The position numbers and the translations under genes were made by a program. A DNA stretch of 63,866 nt, the filler included, from a bacterium (GTDB lineage Bacteria > JBBIVP01), in the NCBI GenBank assembly GCA_037439705.1. It is 6 parts of 6 records of this genome, joined end to end, with 100 filler letters (N's around TTAATTAATTAA, not from the genome) between each part and the next. Parts side by side here need not be neighbours in the genome. Positions count along the whole stretch, not along the records: positions 1 to 11,563 come from JBBIVP010000051.1; positions 11,664 to 22,903 come from JBBIVP010000053.1; 4 more parts are not named here. One strand, given 5' to 3'. Position 1 is the stretch's first letter; the number at the start of each line of letters is the position of its first letter. Positions 9,639 through 19,928 of this stretch are shown here, one piece after another. The notes beneath the pieces are model-generated. The model did no database searches. It was not told where the DNA came from and worked only from the letters and a program-made list of their open reading frames with translations.

Positions 9639-11306
9639 ATGAGAAGCGATAGAGTGAAAAAAGGTGTAGAGAGGGTGCCTCACAGGTCCCTCTTTTACGC
9701 AACAGGAGTTCATCCCTCATCAATGAAAAAGTCTTTTATAGGGATTGCAAGTAGTTGGACAGATATAGTTCCTGGTCATACAGGAATGAGGGAACTTGAA
9801 AGAGCCATAGAAAACGGAATTTTTGCAGGAGGAGGACAGCCTTTTACATTTGGAGTTCCAGCGATATGTGATGGAATTGCAATGGGTCATCTCGGAATGC
9901 ACTACTCTCTTCCTTCAAGGGAGCTCATTGCGGATATAATTGAATCAATGTGTGAAGCCCATGCCCTTGATGGAATAGTCCTTCTTACCAACTGTGATAA
10001 AATTACTCCCGGAATGCTGATGGCTGCGGGCAGACTTGATATACCTGCCATCGTTGTAACCGCAGGTCCCATGCTCGGAGGAAGACTCGGAAAAAGAAGG
10101 CTCTCCCTTGTTAAGGATACATTTGAAGCAGTTGGAAGGTTTAAAAAAGGAGAGATAGACGAAAACGAACTTGAAATGCTCTGCATTTCTGCCTGTCCCG
10201 GAGAAGGTTCTTGTGCGGGTCTCTATACTGCAAATACAATGGCTTGTTTAACAGAAGCAATAGGAATGTCTTTAACCGGATGTGCTACTGCTCTTGCAGG
10301 AAGTGCAAAGAAAAAAAGAATTGCCTTTGAAAGCGGTATGAAAATAGTGGAACTGGTGAAGAAGAAAATAACAGCAAGAAAGATAATAACGGAAGAATCC
10401 ATAAAAAATGCCATTATAGTAGACCTTGCTCTCGGAGGCTCAACCAATACAGTCCTTCATTTGAAGGCAATTGCTGAGGAATCAGGAGTGCCCTTAGATA
10501 TAGAAGAATTTGATAAGCTTTCAAGAAAAATTCCAACCATCTGTGCCATAACGCCTGTTGGAGGCCATCTCATGGAAGACCTTGAATCTGCAGGCGGAAT
10601 TCCTGCTGTTTTGAAAAGGCTGAAGAAATTTCTGAACAACACTATTCTGGTAAGTGGTGAGAAAATTTTTGATATAGCTGAAAAGGCAACAATTTATGAT
10701 GAGGATGTTATAAGACCACTTGATAAGCCATTTATAAAGGAGGGAGCCATAGCGGTTCTCAAAGGGAATCTCGCTCCTGATGGATGCGTTGTAAAACAAG
10801 CAGCTGTAGCCCCTTCTATGCTAAAATTTACTGGAAGGGCAAAGGTTTTCAATTCCGAGGAAGAATGTGTTAATGCTATTTCGGAAAATAAAATTGAAAA
10901 AGGGGATGTTATTGTGGTCCGTTATGAGGGTCCAAAAGGAGGACCGGGTATGAGAGAAATGCTTGCCCCCACATCAATGCTTGTTGGAATGGGCCTTATT
11001 GAAGGAGTAGCCCTTATTACAGATGGCAGGTTTTCAGGGGGAACAAGGGGTCCTTCCATCGGCCATGTTTCACCAGAGGCAATGGTGGGAGGACCGATAG
11101 CCCTTGTTGAAAATGGCGATTTGATTGAAATTGACATTCCTCAAAGAAAACTCACATTAAAGGTTTCTGAAAAGGAAATTGAAGAAAGGGAAAAGAGATG
11201 GAAGCCCATACCTCCAAAGATAAAAAAGGGATATTTGAGAAGATATGCAGAATTTGTTACATCCGCATCTGAAGGTGCGGTTTTGAAAATTGAGGGAAAG
11301 AAATGA
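9639..11306 (+). CDS. ilvD: Dihydroxy-acid dehydratase
   Basis: [68 protein letters not shown]. Confidence 0.97.
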   Translation: MRSDRVKKGVERVPHRSLFYATGVHPSSMKKSFIGIASSWTDIVPGHTGMRELERAIENGIFAGGGQPFTFGVPAICDGIAMGHLGMHYSLPSRELIADIIESMCEAHALDGIVLLTNCDKITPGMLMAAGRLDIPAIVVTAGPMLGGRLGKRRLSLVKDTFEAVGRFKKGEIDENELEMLCISACPGEGSCAGLYTANTMACLTEAIGMSLTGCATALAGSAKKKRIAFESGMKIVELVKKKITARKIITEESIKNAIIVDLALGGSTNTVLHLKAIAEESGVPLDIEEFDKLSRKIPTICAITPVGGHLMEDLESAGGIPAVLKRLKKFLNNTILVSGEKIFDIAEKATIYDEDVIRPLDKPFIKEGAIAVLKGNLAPDGCVVKQAAVAPSMLKFTGRAKVFNSEEECVNAISENKIEKGDVIVVRYEGPKGGPGMREMLAPTSMLVGMGLIEGVALITDGRFSGGTRGPSIGHVSPEAMVGGPIALVENGDLIEIDIPQRKLTLKVSEKEIEEREKRWKPIPPKIKKGYLRRYAEFVTSASEGAVLKIEGKK

Positions 11307-11563
11307 GAATGAGAGGAGCAAGGGCATTTGTTGAGATGTTGAAAAGGGAAGGGGTTGAGGTGATATTCGGGTTTCCGGGAGGAGCGGTTCTGCACATTTA
11401 CGATGAACTTTTTAAAGGAGAGATAAAACACATTCTTGTAAGACACGAACAGGGTGCAGTTCATGCAGCAGATGGTTATGCAAGGGCTTCAGGAAAACCC
11501 GGCGTGGTTCTTGTTACATCAGGACCGGGAGCAACAAATACAGTTACGGGAATTGCAACCGCT
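11303..11563 (+). CDS. ilvB: Acetolactate synthase large subunit, N-terminal part (contig end)
   Basis: [32 protein letters not shown]. Confidence 0.93.
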
Positions 11564-11663
11564 NNNNNNNNNNNNNNNNNNNNNNNNNNNNNNNNNNNNN
11601 NNNNNNNTTAATTAATTAANNNNNNNNNNNNNNNNNNNNNNNNNNNNNNNNNNNNNNNNNNNN
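11564..11663. other. Artificial contig spacer N44-TTAATTAATTAA-N44
   Basis: Six-frame stop linker between N runs, recurring identically five times. Confidence 0.99.
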
Positions 11664-11773
11664 ACAAACCCTTTTCATAGAGATTATTTTTGAGGAACGC
11701 CGACTTTTTGACAATTAATTTTGAAAGTTTTAAAATTGGTGTATGAATTTAAAAAACCGAACCGTTTTTTAGA

Positions 11774-12383
11774 ATGAACACGAATTATATAAAAAATGTA
11801 TATTCATTTTATTCATCTTTTTACAACTTCGTATTTGGCTGGATTCTGGAGCCGAGGATAAAATATGCAATTTCTTCAATAATAGCAGATGGAAAGAAAG
11901 TTCTTGAAATAGGAATTGGAACGGGGCTTTCATTAAAATATTATAATGGAAAACCAGATATTGTCGGGATTGACATCTCCTATGAGATGCTGAAAAAAGC
12001 AAATAAATTTAACGGTAAGTGCAGGAAGAATTTATACCTTTTTCAAATGGATGCTTGCTGTTTGGGATTCAAAGACTCTTCTTTTGATTTAGTTCTGTGC
12101 GCCTTCGTGTTGAGCACCATTCCTGAACTTGAAGGTGCTTTGAAGGAGATATGGAGGATAACAAAGCCNNNNNNNNNNNNNNNNNNNNNNNNNNNNNNNN
12201 NNNNNNNNNNNNNNNNNAAGATATATTGAAAAGGCACTTGATCCTATTACCAGATTTATAGGTTGGAAATCGGACTTTTCAGAGGAAAAGATCCTTAATT
12301 CAAATTTATTTGGACTCATAGATGGAAGAAAGCCCCACTGGTATTCTCCATGGGAGGTCCTTCATCTGAAACCAAAAAAGTGA
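11774..12383 (+). CDS. Class I SAM-dependent methyltransferase, PmtA (phospholipid N-methyltransferase)-like; spans scaffold gap 12169-12217
   Basis: VLEIGIGTG, VGIDISYEML, MDA..L.FKDSSFD; after the gap a frame reads RYIEKALDPITRFIGWKSDF...KPKK* ending at 12383. Confidence 0.7.
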
Positions 12384-12775
12384 AGTCAGCGATTATATTT
12401 GTTGACGGTTCTTCAAGGGGTAATCCTGGACCGTCTTCCGGTGCTTATTTAATAATAGACGGAAATGGAAAGGAAATAGAAAGAAAAGGATTTGAGCTTG
12501 GAAAAGGAACCAATAATAGAGCAGAGTATCTCGCCCTTTTAAAAGCCCTTGAAAGGGCATTAGAACTCGGAATTGAAGAGGTAGAGATTAAAAGCGATTC
12601 TGAACTCCTTGTCAACCAGATTAATTCCCTTTACAGGGTAAAATCCAGAAACCTTCTTAAACTCTACAATAAGGTTAAAGAGGAAAGCAAAAAATTTAAG
12701 AGGTTTACTATAAGTCATATTCCAAGGGAGGAAAACTTTTTAGCAGATAGACTTGCCAAGAAATTCTCAAAATAA
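12380..12775 (+). CDS. rnhA: Ribonuclease HI
   Basis: VDGSSRGNPGP, TNNRAEYLAL, SDSELLVNQ, HIPREENFLADRLA; GTG start overlaps the upstream TGA. Confidence 0.93.
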   Translation: MKSAIIFVDGSSRGNPGPSSGAYLIIDGNGKEIERKGFELGKGTNNRAEYLALLKALERALELGIEEVEIKSDSELLVNQINSLYRVKSRNLLKLYNKVKEESKKFKRFTISHIPREENFLADRLAKKFSK

Positions 12776-12977
12776 TTTCTAAACCAGTTTTGCGGTCAGG
12801 TCTTGATTTTTTAAACCTTTAAATTCTTTTCCCTTCAAAACTTTCTATCACCAAAATAAAACCTTCTTATCCAATTTAAACCCTTTTAACTCAAATCTTC
12901 TCTTTTTTGGATAACAATCTCGGAACGTATTACATTTTTGCACATTTGCATTATAAAAAAAGAAGCATAAAATATGG

Positions 12978-13889
12978 ATGATGGACAAAAAGGAAATTCA
13001 GAAAAATGTTCTTGAGTTAAAGGAAAAAAAGTTAGCATTGATTCTCTGTCACAATTATCAGCTTCCGGAGATTCAGGATGTTGCGGATATATTGGGTGAT
13101 TCCCTTGAACTTTCAAAACAGGCAGCTACCCGTCCAGAAAAACTCATAGTTTTTTGTGGAGTCCATTTTATGGCAGAAAGTGCAAAAATTCTTTCCCCTC
13201 ACAAAAAAGTTCTTCTTCCAAGGATAGAGGCAGGGTGTTTTATGTCAGAACTGATAAGTCCTGAGGAATTGAGGAAGTTAAAAGAACAGCATCCTGATGC
13301 AAAGGTTGTTGCCTATATAAACACTGATGCAGATGTTAAAGCTGAAAGCGATGTCATATGCACATCTTCCAATGCAGTCAAGGTGGTAAAGGGAATTGAT
13401 GCAAAAAAGATAATTTTTGTTCCTGACAAAAATCTCGCCCTTTATGTTCAGAGGTTTACGGATAAGGAAATTATCCCGTGGAATGGGTTCTGTTATGTTC
13501 ATTCAAGATTTAAAGCGGAACACATAATTTCGGCGAAGAAAGAGCATCCTGATGCTCTTGTTCTTGTTCACCCTGAATGTCCGCCGGATGTTATAGACCT
13601 TGCGGATGAAGTATTGAGCACCAACGGAATGATAAACTTTGTCCGTTCAAGTCCGAATAAAAAGTTCATCATTGCTACTGAAGAGGGAATTACATACAGG
13701 ATGAAAAAGGAAAACCCAGATAAGGAATTTATAGTCCCAGGTCCTCCTAAAATCTGCGTGAACATGAAAATAACAAGAATTGAAGATGTGTATGAGGCTC
13801 TTCTTTACGAAAAGTATGAGATTACGGTTCCGGAGGACATACTTTTCAGGGCGAAGAAGGCTCTTGATGAAATGCTGAAATATGTCTGA
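12978..13889 (+). CDS. nadA: Quinolinate synthase A
   Basis: HNYQ, GDSLEL, FCGVHFMAESAK, AGC, CTSSNA, CYVH, HPEC, C.NMK. Confidence 0.97.
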   Translation: MMDKKEIQKNVLELKEKKLALILCHNYQLPEIQDVADILGDSLELSKQAATRPEKLIVFCGVHFMAESAKILSPHKKVLLPRIEAGCFMSELISPEELRKLKEQHPDAKVVAYINTDADVKAESDVICTSSNAVKVVKGIDAKKIIFVPDKNLALYVQRFTDKEIIPWNGFCYVHSRFKAEHIISAKKEHPDALVLVHPECPPDVIDLADEVLSTNGMINFVRSSPNKKFIIATEEGITYRMKKENPDKEFIVPGPPKICVNMKITRIEDVYEALLYEKYEITVPEDILFRAKKALDEMLKYV

Positions 13890-14499
13890 TTCAATAAAAA
13901 GGACTGAAAAAAATCTTTTAAAAAACGGTTTTAAAGTTAAGGTGTTTGATACCGAAGAAGAGGCAAAGGACTGGTTTTTAAAAAATATCACTCTGGACGA
14001 AGAGGTAGGTGTAGGAGGTTCAAAAACATTGAGGGACATAAATTTGGTTGCTTCTTTAAAGCAGAGGGGAAACAGGGTTTATGACCACTGGGAGGATGGT
14101 CTTTCTCAAGAGGAAATTCTTAACATAAGGAGGAAACAACTTCTTTGTGATGTGTTTTTAACATCTTCCAACGCAGTCACCGAAAGGGGAGAGATAGTTA
14201 ACAGGGAAGGGGTGGGAAACAGGATAAATGCCATGACATTCGGTCCAAAGAGAATTTTTATTGTTGTGGGCAAGAATAAAATTGTGAAGGATATTGATAG
14301 TGCAATTGAAAGGATTAAAAAGGTTTCTGCACCGTTGAGGAACAAAAGTTTGAATACACCGAACCCGTGTGTTAAAAAAGGAAAATGTATGGACTGCAAT
14401 CTTCCAACCAGAATCTGCAGGGTAACGTACATAATGCATCGCTGTCCATCCAATTCTGATATAACTGTGGTGATTATAAAAAAAGAACTGGGTTTTTAG
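13882..14499 (+). CDS. LUD-domain (lactate utilization/YkgG-like) protein
   Basis: GVGGSKTL, DVFLTSSNAVT..GEIVNREGVGNR, GKNKIV, PC...GKC.DC....RIC. Confidence 0.85.
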   Translation: MSDSIKRTEKNLLKNGFKVKVFDTEEEAKDWFLKNITLDEEVGVGGSKTLRDINLVASLKQRGNRVYDHWEDGLSQEEILNIRRKQLLCDVFLTSSNAVTERGEIVNREGVGNRINAMTFGPKRIFIVVGKNKIVKDIDSAIERIKKVSAPLRNKSLNTPNPCVKKGKCMDCNLPTRICRVTYIMHRCPSNSDITVVIIKKELGF

Positions 14500-14506
14500 A
14501 GGGAGG

Positions 14507-16508
14507 GTGAAGGAAGGAGAGTTCAAATTTTATAATCACCAGTCTCTTGAATGGGAAAAGGTATGTGAGTATATTGCTTCCTTTGCGGTTTCTGAAAGAA
14601 TAAAGGAAAGACTGAGAAATTTAAAACCGGCACTCAATTCTTATGAGGAAAGTTTCAAATACCTTCAGGATCTACTTGAAATAAATTTGGAAGAGGTACC
14701 ACAGGGAGGAATGGAAGACATTGAGGAGATGGTAGAAAGGGCAAAAAAGGGAGGAATTTTAAAAGGGAAAGAACTCTTGGCAATTGCATCGTTTATAAGG
14801 AGTTTCATATCCATAAAAGATTATGTAAGGTCAAAAAAGGAAGTTATGAAGAATTTTTTTGAGTTACTGAAAGAAATAGAAATTCCCCTTGAAATCATGA
14901 GAGAAGTTTTTAGATGTGTAGATGCCAATGGAAACATCTACGATACCGTTGATGAAGAACTGATGAAGACCAGGAAGAGAATTATATATTTGAGAGAGAT
15001 GATTGAAAAGATTCACAGAAGGATGATGGAGGAAAATCCAAGAGTGTTTCAGGATGATTATATAACTTTGAGAAACGAGAGATTTGTTTTTCCGATAAAG
15101 GTTGAGGAGAAGGGCTGGGTTGATGGAATAATTCACGGGAGATCTTCAACAGGCGAAACCTATTTTATTGAACCTCTGGAACTTGTTCCTGTTAACAATG
15201 AAATAAGGAGAAGTGAGGAAAAAATAGAAGAGATACAGATAAGATTCTTTGCCGAACTCTCCAGGCTTGTAGAAGAATATGCTTTGAATCTTGAAAAGAT
15301 GATTGATTTTTCAGATCTTCTTGAAGAGACATTAGCAAAGGCGAAATTTATGAAAACTGTTGGAGGCTGCATTCCGGAGATGAAAGGCGATGGAATAAAG
15401 CTTACAGGGTTAAAACATCCTCTTCTCATAATGCAGGGAGTAAATGTAGTTCCAAATGATGTAGAGATCTATCCTTCAAAATGTATGATACTTTCGGGAC
15501 CGAATGCAGGGGGAAAGACAGTTCTTGCTAAAGCGGTGGGATTGAGCGTCGCTCTTGCATATTCGGGATTACCTGTTCCTGCAGAATCTTCAAGGATTGG
15601 AAGGTTCAGGGGAATATTTGTGGAAACAGGCGACCCACAAAACATTTATTTCGGGCTGTCCACATTTTCNNNNNNNNNNNNNNNNNNNNNNNNNNNNNNN
15701 NATATATGAAGAGAGCGAAGCTCCATCCCTCATAATTCTTGATGAGGCTTTCTCAGGAACAAATCCCGATGAAGCTTCATCGCTTTTGATATCCTATGCG
15801 GAGGAATTGATAGAAAAGGGAAATTATGTTCTTCTTACCACCCATTCACCAGAAGTTATGGCATGGGGTGAAGAGAGAGAGGAGGTTTTCAATTACGGAA
15901 TGGGATGGGATCCTGAAACATTTACTCCAACATACACCGGAAGAAAGGGAGTAATTGGAATAAGTGCCTCTTTTCCGCTGGCAGAAAGGCTGGAATTTCC
16001 GCTAACTGTTATAGAGAAGGCAAAGAAAAGGGCTGGAAAATCAGTTGAACTTCAACTACTCTACGAGAAACTTGAAAGAAAACTGGATGAGGTAGAAAAA
16101 TTGAAATTTTCACTTCTTGAAAGGGAAAAGGAAGTTGAAAGGAAAGAGCAGGAGATTGAAAGGAAAATTGAGATTGAATTAAAAAAGATAAGGGCAAGAA
16201 TTAAGGAGGAGGCAAGAAGGACAAAAGAAATTTTGAGAAATATCTTAGAAACTGCTAAAAAGGAAACCTCTGTTGAGAAAATAAAGACTTTCATACAAAA
16301 AGTAGAAAAAATTTCTGAAGAATATGAGGAAAGATATCCACCATTACCCGGTCCTCCATCAAAGGGGGATGTGGTTTATATTCCTTTTCTCAAAAAGAAA
16401 GGTGTTGTTGTTGATTACAATGAGAAAAAAGAAATTGCGGAACTGGATATAGAAGGTAAAAAAATTTTCGTTCCATTTTCTCTTTTAACCAATAAAATTG
16501 AAGGTTGA
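14507..16508 (+). CDS. mutS2: MutS2 family ATPase spanning scaffold gap 15670-15701; C-terminal KOW-like domain, no Smr domain
   Basis: GIIHGRSSTGETYFIEP, KHPLL, Walker A SGPNAGGKT, GDPQNI..GLSTF, LDEAFSGTNP, TTHS, coiled coil, GDVVYIP KOW-like end. Confidence 0.85.
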
Positions 16509-17508
16509 AAAAAAGATAAACGAGCTAATTGAACTTGGCAAAAGGGAAAGAGTGTTTACAAAAGGAGCTGGGGGGATATGTTCTGAAACCGAAATAATCC
16601 TGGGTAAAAAAAATAGAAACATTTTCTTTGACCTCGCTTCCCTTACAAAAGTTATTCTTACATTTTCTCTCGTTTTTCGTTTCCTGAACGAAAAATTTTC
16701 TCTGGATGATAAAATCGGAGAATTTCTTCCAGTTTTTGGACCAGCGAAGGATATAAAAATTGAAGAACTTCTTTTCCATACATCTGGATTGCCATCCTGG
16801 AAGCCATTTTATAAATCCACAAACCCGGAAAATCCTGATTTTGCAAAGATAAGGGAGAAAATTCTGAGTTGTGTTCCCATTTACAGGAGAGGAGAGAGGC
16901 TTTATAGCGATATAGGTTTTATGTGGCTTGGTTTTTTGATAGAAAAGCTCACCGGACTTCCCATTTATGAGGCTTTCTATCATTTTTTCCCAGAAATGGC
17001 GGGAAAAATTTTTTATATTCCATCAGGGAAAGAGGTGGAAAAGAAAAAATTTGCTCCAACAGGATATTGTGGGTGGAGAAAGAGGAGAATAAGGGGAGAG
17101 GTAAACGATGAGAACGCTTATGCCCTTGGAGGAATTGCAGGACATGCTGGATGTTTTTCTGCAATTGATGGGGTTTGTTATTTCTGCCAGGAAATCCTTA
17201 AGGGGTTCAATGGGAAATCCCTTTTATATCCTGTCTCAAAACTTGAGAGCTTTATTAGAGAAATAAATGGGAAAAAGGTTCTCCTGGGCTGGGATTATCC
17301 TGAAGGTGAAAAGAGCACTGCTGGAAAATACTTTTCGGATTTCACAATAGGGCATCTCGGATTTACAGGAACATCAATATGGATTGATATAAAAAGGAGA
17401 TTTGGAGTGGTTCTCCTCACAAACAGGACAATTTATGGAAGAAATAATATGAAAATAAATGCCTTCAGGCGCCTCTTTCACAATGAAATTCTTCGTGGGT
17501 TAATATAA
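16498..17508 (+). CDS. Serine hydrolase, beta-lactamase class C/AmiE-like
   Basis: FDLASLTK (SxxK), HTSGLP, YSDIGF, GEVNDENA..LGGIAGHAG, GHLGFTGTSIWID, LLTNR. Confidence 0.88.
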   Translation: MKVEKKINELIELGKRERVFTKGAGGICSETEIILGKKNRNIFFDLASLTKVILTFSLVFRFLNEKFSLDDKIGEFLPVFGPAKDIKIEELLFHTSGLPSWKPFYKSTNPENPDFAKIREKILSCVPIYRRGERLYSDIGFMWLGFLIEKLTGLPIYEAFYHFFPEMAGKIFYIPSGKEVEKKKFAPTGYCGWRKRRIRGEVNDENAYALGGIAGHAGCFSAIDGVCYFCQEILKGFNGKSLLYPVSKLESFIREINGKKVLLGWDYPEGEKSTAGKYFSDFTIGHLGFTGTSIWIDIKRRFGVVLLTNRTIYGRNNMKINAFRRLFHNEILRGLI

Positions 17509-17570
17509 AAAAGTTTATTAAGACTTTAAATATTCTGGAATTACTTCACATCAAATTTTACGCCGGGAGT

Positions 17571-17600
17571 TTGAAAAAGAGTGAGCTGTTGCGATATAAT
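17571..17600 (+). promoter_or_regulatory. Sigma70-type promoter of tRNA-Ser(CGA)
   Basis: TTGAAA-N18-TATAAT, 14 nt upstream of the tRNA. Confidence 0.6.
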
Positions 17601-17614
17601 TATTATATATAAAG

Positions 17615-17705
17615 GGAGAGGTACCGAAGTGGTCATAACGGGGCCGACTCGAAATCGGCTGTCCGCTGATGATGCGGACCGTGGGTTCGAATCCCACCCT
17701 CTCCG
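17615..17705 (+). tRNA. tRNA-Ser (CGA), no encoded CCA
   Basis: Acceptor stem GGAGAGG/CCTCTCC-G, anticodon arm GCCGA-CTCGAAA-TCGGC, long variable arm, T-loop TTCGAAT. Confidence 0.96.
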
Positions 17706-17819
17706 ATAATGGTATGGCAGATACAGGTTAGAAGGAGGAGAGGGGCGCGATGATGTTGATTTGGGTGAAGGGTAATTGTAATATATTTTTAGAGGAACTT
17801 AACAAGTTGGATTTTAACA

Positions 17820-18038
17820 ATGAAAAGGAAAACTCTTTATGACATACCTGTTAATAAAGATTTGATATGGGATTATGAATGGAAAGAGGAGGAGTACAGG
17901 ACAGAAAAATTTTTAAAGTGGTATCTTGCAAGGGTTTTGACCTATGGAACTGCGAAAGATTTACAATATATTGATTTTGAAATTATAAAAGAGTATTTAT
18001 CCCGATTAAACATCCCATCTCATATATACGAATTTTGA
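17820..18038 (+). CDS. Small putative antitoxin partner (DUF6922-like); probably truncated by a TGG>TGA change
   Basis: LIWDY..., WYLARVLTYGT..D motif; lies directly upstream of an AbiEii gene; frame continues SHYLKIKEE after the TGA. Confidence 0.6.
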   Translation: MKRKTLYDIPVNKDLIWDYEWKEEEYRTEKFLKWYLARVLTYGTAKDLQYIDFEIIKEYLSRLNIPSHIYEF

Positions 18039-18072
18039 TCCCATTATTTAAAAATAAAAGAGGAAAGTGAAT

Positions 18073-18732
18073 ATGGAAATTTTAACAGAATTTCAAAAAG
18101 AGTTTTTGAAAAATTTAGGAAAAACAAGTCTGGCTAAGCATTTCTTTTTTGGGGTTGGTACCGCGCTTGCTCATTATTATTTGAAACATAGATATTCGGA
18201 AGACCTTGATTTTTTTACTACAGATGAGTATAGAATGCGCCTTCTCCTTCCCGAGATTAAAGAAGTAGAAGACAAAATAAATGCAAAATTAGAAATAAAA
18301 AGGACATCAGGAACATTTGTTGAAGCATTTTTAATTAAGAAAAAAGAAAAAATTATGATCTACTTTGCATTAGATTCACCATTTAGATTTGAATCTTTAA
18401 AATTTGACAAGGAGTTAAATATTTATTATGAGAATTTAGGTGACCTTTCCTGCAATAAATTTTCTGCTTTGTTTGAGAGGCATGATGCAAAGGATTTTGT
18501 AGATGTATATTTTTTATCAAAAGAATTTATGGATTTCTGGAAAATTTTTGAAAAAGCAAGAAAGAAACATGTGGGTATTGAAGAATATTATCTTTTGTTG
18601 TCTCTTGATTATGTTCGTTCCATTGAAAAACTGCCGCGAATGATAAAAACTTTAAAAATTGAGGAATTGAAGGATTTTTATGAAGATAAAATAATGAAAT
18701 TAATGGAAATGATTAAAAGAAGAAAAATTTAA
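18073..18732 (+). CDS. Nucleotidyltransferase AbiEii/AbiGii toxin family protein
   Basis: FFFGVGTALAHYYLKHRYSEDLDFF, NKFSALFER..KDFVDVY; SD GAGG. Confidence 0.88.
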   Translation: MEILTEFQKEFLKNLGKTSLAKHFFFGVGTALAHYYLKHRYSEDLDFFTTDEYRMRLLLPEIKEVEDKINAKLEIKRTSGTFVEAFLIKKKEKIMIYFALDSPFRFESLKFDKELNIYYENLGDLSCNKFSALFERHDAKDFVDVYFLSKEFMDFWKIFEKARKKHVGIEEYYLLLSLDYVRSIEKLPRMIKTLKIEELKDFYEDKIMKLMEMIKRRKI

Positions 18733-18830
18733 ACACAGTTTTTAGGCTCTTTTTAAAAATTAAAATCTGATTATCTTTTGCACATCTTCTTTCATATATT
18801 TTCAATTTTTACAAATTTCATCTTATTGTT

Positions 18831-19778
18831 TTATCTTTCCCGCCTCCTTTTCTCTATTTCCTCCCTTTTTCTTTCCATCCTTTCCTTTATTTCTTTTCTT
18901 CTTTTTTCAAATCTTTTCATTATCTCCATACGCCTTTTCTCCCATCTCTCACGGACTTCCTTTACCCTTTTTTCATACATGTTCTTCAAATCCCTTTTCC
19001 TCATAAATTCTCCTGTATTTGACAAACTATCGTCTATCATGCTGAAGATTGAAAGCCCGGTTTCCATATCTTCTTCTTCTCCCTTTTCTGCTGATGATTT
19101 TATTCTCTCCATATTCTCTTCATATTTTTCTATAATTTTCTTTAATCTTCTGTTATGTTTTTCTTCTATTTCCCTTCTCCTTTCTTCCAATTCCCTTCTT
19201 TTTCTTGAAAGCCATTCTTCAACTGAAAATGGGGTTGTTGATGGAAGGATTTCAAATTTTTCTTCAGTTATATCATAAATTGCCCTTTCTCCTTCCTTCA
19301 AAGTTCTTATTTCATCCGTGAAGAGGGAAACTTCACCCTCAATGATCTCAATAGCAGAAGAGCCGTCATCTGAACATATTATTTCAAATTCCGTTCCTCT
19401 TACTCCAACCACTGATGTGGGAGATGTAAAGTTAACCCATTCCTCCCTTCCTTTTTTCAGAAAACCTCTAATCCTTCCCATAAATATGTTTACTTTCAAG
19501 AGAAATTTTTTGAATGTTCCTTCTTCTCCAACGATGGTTTTCTCTATTTTCAATTCGCTTCTTTCTCCAACCCCTATTTTGTGCCCCTCTTTGAGGGTTA
19601 TTTCCACATAACTATTTTTATCGGTCACCACCGTATCTCCCAGAAGAACACCTTCACCGCCAAACACGATAATTTTCTTTCCTTCTCTCAATAGGAAAGC
19701 ACTTCCAAATACTTTTTCAATTTTTCCAAGTTCTTCAATTTGAAGAAGAAAGGAAAAAACTATTATAAATATCTTCAT
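18831..19778 (-). CDS. FecR-domain exported protein with C-terminal charged coiled coil
   Basis: Signal peptide, LGDTVVT..NSYVEI, SPTSVVGVRGTEF, IIEGEV; E/R/K-rich tail. Confidence 0.8.
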   Translation of the reverse strand: MKIFIIVFSFLLQIEELGKIEKVFGSAFLLREGKKIIVFGGEGVLLGDTVVTDKNSYVEITLKEGHKIGVGERSELKIEKTIVGEEGTFKKFLLKVNIFMGRIRGFLKKGREEWVNFTSPTSVVGVRGTEFEIICSDDGSSAIEIIEGEVSLFTDEIRTLKEGERAIYDITEEKFEILPSTTPFSVEEWLSRKRRELEERRREIEEKHNRRLKKIIEKYEENMERIKSSAEKGEEEDMETGLSIFSMIDDSLSNTGEFMRKRDLKNMYEKRVKEVRERWEKRRMEIMKRFEKRRKEIKERMERKREEIEKRRRER

Positions 19779-19928
19779 AGAGATAATTTTAAAACAAAAT
19801 TTTTTATATTTCAACAATTTCCTTTTTAAGAATAGGGCTTGTAGAGGTTTACGATGGAGTCACAAGCAGTTTCGCTCAGTTTCACTTGTTTTTACTGCCA
19901 TTTTATCATTTCCTAAAATAAAATTTAT

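Noticed and set aside
18778..19278. Long hydrophobic ORF on the + strand, and similar shadow ORFs such as 42067-42873 on the - strand
   Set aside because: Antisense shadows of E/K/R-rich coding sequence; no SD or independent motifs
19840..19892. Short stub MAVKTSETERNCL* downstream of the frameshifted nuclease as a restriction-modification remnant
   Set aside because: Too short to support homology
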